DNA of 64,000 nt from Candidatus Latescibacterota bacterium (GTDB lineage Bacteria; Latescibacterota; UBA2968; GCA-2709665): the NCBI GenBank assembly GCA_965116875.1, contig OZ220733.1, forward strand, positions 3,744,001 through 3,808,000, in the 5' to 3' direction. A program made the translations under genes and the position numbers. The notes below the pieces were generated by a model, which was not told the origin of the DNA, searched no databases, and saw nothing but the letters and a program-made list of their open reading frames with translations. Shown piece by piece: positions 59,983-64,000 of this stretch (its first letter is position 1; each line of letters opens with the position of its first letter).

Positions 59983-60792
59983 ATGGACGACGAAGAGAGA
60001 TACTTCTTCGACCTCAATGGCTATCTCGTGGTTGAGAACGCCCTCTCCTCCGAGGAAGTTGCCGCGTGCAACGAAGCCATCGACCGGAATGCGAACCGCA
60101 TCCGAGAACGTCAGGAAGAACAGTCGCTGTCGGGGAAATCCAGAACGCTCAGGGGTCAACAGGGCCGCGGCGATCTGGGCGGCATGCTCACGTGGCCCAC
60201 GCCCTGGTGCCAGCCCTTCCGGGACCTCCTGGCCCATCCGAATATCGTACCGTACCTGAACGAACTGCTGCGCGAGGGATTCCGCCTGGACCACGTGTAC
60301 GGCATCATCATGAGGAAGGGTACGGAAGGACACGTGCTGCACGGCGGCGGTACCACGGACGACCTGACCCATTTCTACCAGTTCCACAATGGAAGGATGC
60401 GCTGCGGACTTACCGTTGTCGCCTGGATGTTCACGGACTGCGGACCTGGAGACGGCGGTTTTGCTTGTATACCGGGTAGCCACAAGTCGAACTACCCCAC
60501 GCCGCGGGACGTGGCGCTGCTGGACAGAGACATCGGCGTGGTGCGGCAGGTGGAGGCGAAGGCCGGCTCAGCCGTTATCTTCACAGAAGCCCTCACGCAC
60601 GGCACGATGCCCTGGAAGGCCGACCACCAGCGGCGTTCCATTCTGTACAAGTACGCGCCGGGGCCCCTGACTTATTCGAGAGTCCACGTGCCGGAGGGTG
60701 TGGCGGAAGTACTGGATGAGTTCACGCCCCGGCAGCGGGCCGTGCTCGAACCGCCGTACCGCCCCGCGCGCCCGACCGTATCCACCGCCTGA
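59983..60792 (+). CDS. Phytanoyl-CoA dioxygenase (PhyH) family Fe/2OG protein
   Basis: YFFDLNGYLVVENALS, LHGG, IPGSHK, IFTEALTHGT..W....RR; AAGGAG RBS. Confidence 0.88.
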   Translation: MDDEERYFFDLNGYLVVENALSSEEVAACNEAIDRNANRIRERQEEQSLSGKSRTLRGQQGRGDLGGMLTWPTPWCQPFRDLLAHPNIVPYLNELLREGFRLDHVYGIIMRKGTEGHVLHGGGTTDDLTHFYQFHNGRMRCGLTVVAWMFTDCGPGDGGFACIPGSHKSNYPTPRDVALLDRDIGVVRQVEAKAGSAVIFTEALTHGTMPWKADHQRRSILYKYAPGPLTYSRVHVPEGVAEVLDEFTPRQRAVLEPPYRPARPTVSTA

Positions 60793-60924
60793 GCGCAGGC
60801 ATCCCATCCATGATCGACCACGGCGCGGGACCGCGATTCGAGTGAACCCGAAACGGGTACATGCAAACGGCCCCCGTCGTGTTTCGACGGGGGCCGCGAA
60901 CCGTTCCGAACTCGCTTCTGGCGT

Positions 60925-62073
60925 CTACAGATAGTTCACGCCGTACCACAGCGCCGGAATCGGGAACACCTCCGCAAGAATCTCGCCGGCACGACCTCCG
61001 GACTTCAACAGGGCCTCCTCCGCGCCTTCCAGCGTGCCGAAGATCAACTGAACCGCCGCCCCCTGATCGGGCGCCACGACCTGATCGCCACCGTAGGTGA
61101 AGGTCATCTCGTCTCCATCCTCCCTGAAGACCAGGCTCCGCGCCTCCGACTCTCCGATTACCTCGGCGAAATAGGGTCGCATCCGCTCCATGAACTGGAC
61201 GAAATTGATCAGGGTGACCGTTCCCGATGAATTGGCCGGCGCCCCGGTGATTCCCCTGGACTGAAGGCACTCGTGGAAAAGCCGGTCGCAGCCCATCACG
61301 TGGAGACCGATCGCCTGGAGGTCCAGCGTCCGGATCAGCTTGCCAAGGGCGCCGGTCAGACACCGCCGGTCTCCCGCCGCCTCCTGTACCGGTATCCGGT
61401 CGTCCCCCTCTCGCGGTTCCTGCACGATCATGTAACCCCGCATCATCCCCGCTTCGCAAACCTTGAACACCAGCGCGGGCCGATTCATCACGAACCCGTT
61501 GAACGCGTGGGAGTAGTCGGAAGGGGGCCGCATCCACCGCACGGGCTCCTCACGGTAAACTGAAGCCATCGCGGGCACGTCGTCCCGGGAGGCCGCCACC
61601 AGTTCCACGCCGTCGTCGTCGAAATCGCCGGCCCGTTCCGCGGATATGGAAAAATTCCAGTCGCGGCCAACGTACCGGCAGCCGAACCTGTGATACATCT
61701 TGCGATAGCCGGATACCAGCATGAAGTCCACCCCGTCCTCCCGGCACACGCGCATTGTGTCCTCGAACAGGGCCGTCGCGTACCCGTTGCCGCGGTGTTC
61801 TTCGTACGTGGCCACCCCGCCCAGGGACGACGTGCGCACCGTGCATCCGAAGATGGACACGTTCCGCCGGAGTGCGCCGATGTGAGACACGACGCGACCG
61901 TCCGCCACCACCACCCGCATTTCTCCGGCGTGCGCCGGGGTGTAGAAGTGCGGGTATTCATCCGCCAGACCGGGCCGGAATACGGTGTGGACCAGGTCGC
62001 ACAGGCTACCGAATTCATCGGGATGCAGGCTGCGCATACCATCGCGCCAGGAAGGTTCGGGTTCTCTGGACAT
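60925..62073 (-). CDS. GNAT acetyltransferase, Eis-like
   Basis: GGVATYEEHRGNGYA acetyl-CoA motif, MYHRFG; 382 aa multi-domain. Confidence 0.8.
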   Translation of the reverse strand: MSREPEPSWRDGMRSLHPDEFGSLCDLVHTVFRPGLADEYPHFYTPAHAGEMRVVVADGRVVSHIGALRRNVSIFGCTVRTSSLGGVATYEEHRGNGYATALFEDTMRVCREDGVDFMLVSGYRKMYHRFGCRYVGRDWNFSISAERAGDFDDDGVELVAASRDDVPAMASVYREEPVRWMRPPSDYSHAFNGFVMNRPALVFKVCEAGMMRGYMIVQEPREGDDRIPVQEAAGDRRCLTGALGKLIRTLDLQAIGLHVMGCDRLFHECLQSRGITGAPANSSGTVTLINFVQFMERMRPYFAEVIGESEARSLVFREDGDEMTFTYGGDQVVAPDQGAAVQLIFGTLEGAEEALLKSGGRAGEILAEVFPIPALWYGVNYL

Positions 62074-62207
62074 TCTGGCCTCCCTCTACCGCGGGACCGG
62101 CGGTCCCAAACGGTCAATTTTTCTGTCAATTTCGGTTCAATAAACGAACGCACCGGGCTCAAGGAGAAACAGACGCGAACTCCGCCCGTCTTCGACCCGG
62201 CGTTTAT

Positions 62208-62367
62208 CAGTCCGTTGATAAAGTCGCTCCGCAGGCGAGGTCGAGCCATTGTGGCCGAAGACAAGGCGCGCAACCGAGTCCCATCCTGCGATTCGGCGAG
62301 GGCGCGCAACGCAGTATTTCGACCGCAAGGGCCGGCCGCAGCCCGGATGGACTTTTTCAACGGGCTG
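62208..62367 (-). mobile_element. MITE, long (160 bp) copy, inverted relative to 59303
   Basis: Same about 30-bp ends (CAGCCCGTTGAAAAAGTCCATCCGGGCTGC / GCCTGCGGAGCGACTTTATCAACGGACTG on minus strand); abuts the cysK stop codon. Confidence 0.7.
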
Positions 62368-63315
62368 CTATGCTTCATCGTGATCCATAAACCCCGGTAC
62401 GCTGAAATATCGTTCCGCCGAATCGCAGATCACCGTGGCCACGCGCCGGCCTTCGCCCAACTCCTCCGCCACCCGGAGCGCGGCCCAGACGTTGGCGCCG
62501 GCCGAGATGCCGCTCAGGATGCCTTCCTCGGACGCGAGACGTCTGGCGGTTTCGAACGCGTCGGCCTCGGTGGCGCAGATCAAGCGGTCGTAGACTTCGC
62601 GGTTCAACACCTCGGGGACGAATCCCGCGCCGATGCCCTGGATGTCGTGAAGCCCAGGGGCGCCGCCGGACAGCACGTTCGAGCGTTGGGGCTCCACCGC
62701 CACCACGAGCAGACCCGGAAACTCCGCCTTCAGGATCTCGCCCACGCCGGTGATGGTGCCGCCGGTGCCCACGCCGGCCACGAATGCGTCCAGCCGCCCC
62801 TCAACCGCGTCCAGGATTTCACGCGCGGTTGTGCGCCGGTGCACCTCGGGATTGGCGGGATTGGCGAACTGCTGCGGCACGAACGTTTCGCCGGGGGCTT
62901 CCCGAACGATGCGCATCGCCTCGTCCACGGCGCCCTGCATGTCCTCGGCTCCCGGCGTCAGCACGACCTCGGCCCCGAAGCTCTGCAAGAGGTCCCGCCT
63001 CTCGCGGCTCATGGAATCCGGCATGGTCAGGACCAGGCGATATCCCTTCGCCGCGGCCACCAGCGCCAGGCCGATGCCCGTATTCCCGCTGGTGGGCTCC
63101 ACAATGGTCATGCCGGGCTTCAGGCTGCCGTCCCGCTCTGCCGCATCGATCATGGCGAATGCGATCCGGTCCTTCACCGAGGCCACGGGGTTGGAGGCCT
63201 CGATTTTAACGGCCACTTCCGCCATACCCGGTTCCACCATCCGGTTCAGCCGGACCATCGGCGTGTCGCCGATCAGTTCCAGGATATCGTCCGCCACCGC
63301 GTTGGCCAACGGCAT
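62368..63315 (-). CDS. cysK: Cysteine synthase A
   Basis: IGDTPMVRL, SVKDRIA (PLP Lys), EPTSGNTG, QQFANPAN, GTGGT, IQGIGAGF. Confidence 0.95.
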   Translation of the reverse strand: MPLANAVADDILELIGDTPMVRLNRMVEPGMAEVAVKIEASNPVASVKDRIAFAMIDAAERDGSLKPGMTIVEPTSGNTGIGLALVAAAKGYRLVLTMPDSMSRERRDLLQSFGAEVVLTPGAEDMQGAVDEAMRIVREAPGETFVPQQFANPANPEVHRRTTAREILDAVEGRLDAFVAGVGTGGTITGVGEILKAEFPGLLVVAVEPQRSNVLSGGAPGLHDIQGIGAGFVPEVLNREVYDRLICATEADAFETARRLASEEGILSGISAGANVWAALRVAEELGEGRRVATVICDSAERYFSVPGFMDHDEA

Positions 63316-63393
63316 GTCGGTCCTCTCAAATGCTTCAACCTGCTCCGGTCAGCCCACTTGACCCGGCAGTCTCAACCGGTGCAGTTCCATCGA

Positions 63394-63837
63394 TCAGGCA
63401 TCGAGGCCTGCCACGGCCTCGATCGCCATTTTCCCCAGCCGCTGGATGTCTTCGGCGATCGTCTCGTCCTCCAGGTCAGCGGGACCGCACCATCTGTATC
63501 CCTCGGCCTCGGAGGCCGCCACCTTGAGGCTGCCGCCCGTCACCCGCGCGAAATAGATCAGGTCTATATGCTGGTGATCGTCTGAAATCTGTTCCAGGAG
63601 AATGCACTCGGGGCGGCTCAGCACGTCCACCGTGCCCATGCGGTAGCGGGGGGACAGCAGGGCCACCTCCAGACCGCACTCTTCCCGGACCTCGCGGACG
63701 GCCGCGTCGCACGGCAGTTCGTCCTGATCGATATGCCCGCCCGGCGGAAGCCACAGCCTGAGCCGCTTGTGAAACAGCAACAACGTCCGGCCGTCCTGAA
63801 CGACGAACGTGGTTGCGGTGAAATCCCGAGTCGTCAT
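63394..63837 (-). CDS. NUDIX hydrolase
   Basis: PGGHIDQDELPCDAAVREVREECGL Nudix box; HQHIDLIY. Confidence 0.9.
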   Translation of the reverse strand: MTTRDFTATTFVVQDGRTLLLFHKRLRLWLPPGGHIDQDELPCDAAVREVREECGLEVALLSPRYRMGTVDVLSRPECILLEQISDDHQHIDLIYFARVTGGSLKVAASEAEGYRWCGPADLEDETIAEDIQRLGKMAIEAVAGLDA

Positions 63838-63886
63838 CCCTCTCAATATACTCTGCGGGCAGGTATGGAGCAAAGGCAAAACCGAC

Positions 63887-63965
63887 CAGGATTATGCAGG
63901 ATTAGAACAAGATTAAACAGGATTACGGCAACTACGGGGACGGGGAGACCGACCGAAATCCTGTT
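63887..63965. repeat. Short CAGGATTA tandem array with an inverted AATCCTGTT unit
   Basis: CAGGATTATG CAGGATTAGAA CAAGATTAAA CAGGATTAC, then AATCCTGTT at 63957. Confidence 0.55.
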
Positions 63966-64000
63966 CACGATATGAGTCATCGTGGGCGATGACCGCACCG

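Noticed and set aside
1-64000. CRISPR array or rRNA
   Set aside because: No regularly spaced 25-45-nt repeats with unique spacers, no cas genes and no rRNA-like sequence seen

Overview
GC-rich bacterial chromosomal segment. The gene content (GH10-like TIM barrel, sialidase, enolase-superfamily enzyme, phytanoyl-CoA dioxygenase, NHL and ankyrin proteins, BlaI/M56/TonB) resembles Latescibacterota/Gemmatimonadota-like lineages such as sponge symbionts; this taxonomic call is inference only. 1-36.5 kb: catabolic enzymes, a BlaI-BlaR1(M56)-TonB module, a PsrA-like TetR with an RND efflux operon, a DUF4143 AAA ATPase, an aquaporin, the pfk-gap-pgk-tpiA-secG-tRNA-Leu(GAG) operon, comF, an unusual HAD-YvcK/CofD fusion followed by a second HAD, a DUF62 SAM hydrolase, radC and an ankyrin protein. 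About 36.5-56.8 kb is a visibly more AT-rich, co-oriented export island with no integrase. It holds a GAF histidine kinase and sigma54 activator, a -24/-12 promoter, four paralogous ABC permeases in A-B-A-B order (one spacer carries a group II intron 5' remnant), and a membrane-anchored NEW3-like protein with an MFP-like helical hairpin plus its ATPase. A promoter-leader-terminator unit then precedes a second ABC system with a duplicated (DUF990, DUF990, HlyD) cassette. No cargo gene or TolC is visible in the island. 56.8-64 kb: amidohydrolase, NHL/PAL-like protein, two inverted MITE copies bracketing three genes, cysK and a NUDIX hydrolase. All calls are from motif reading; no searches were run.
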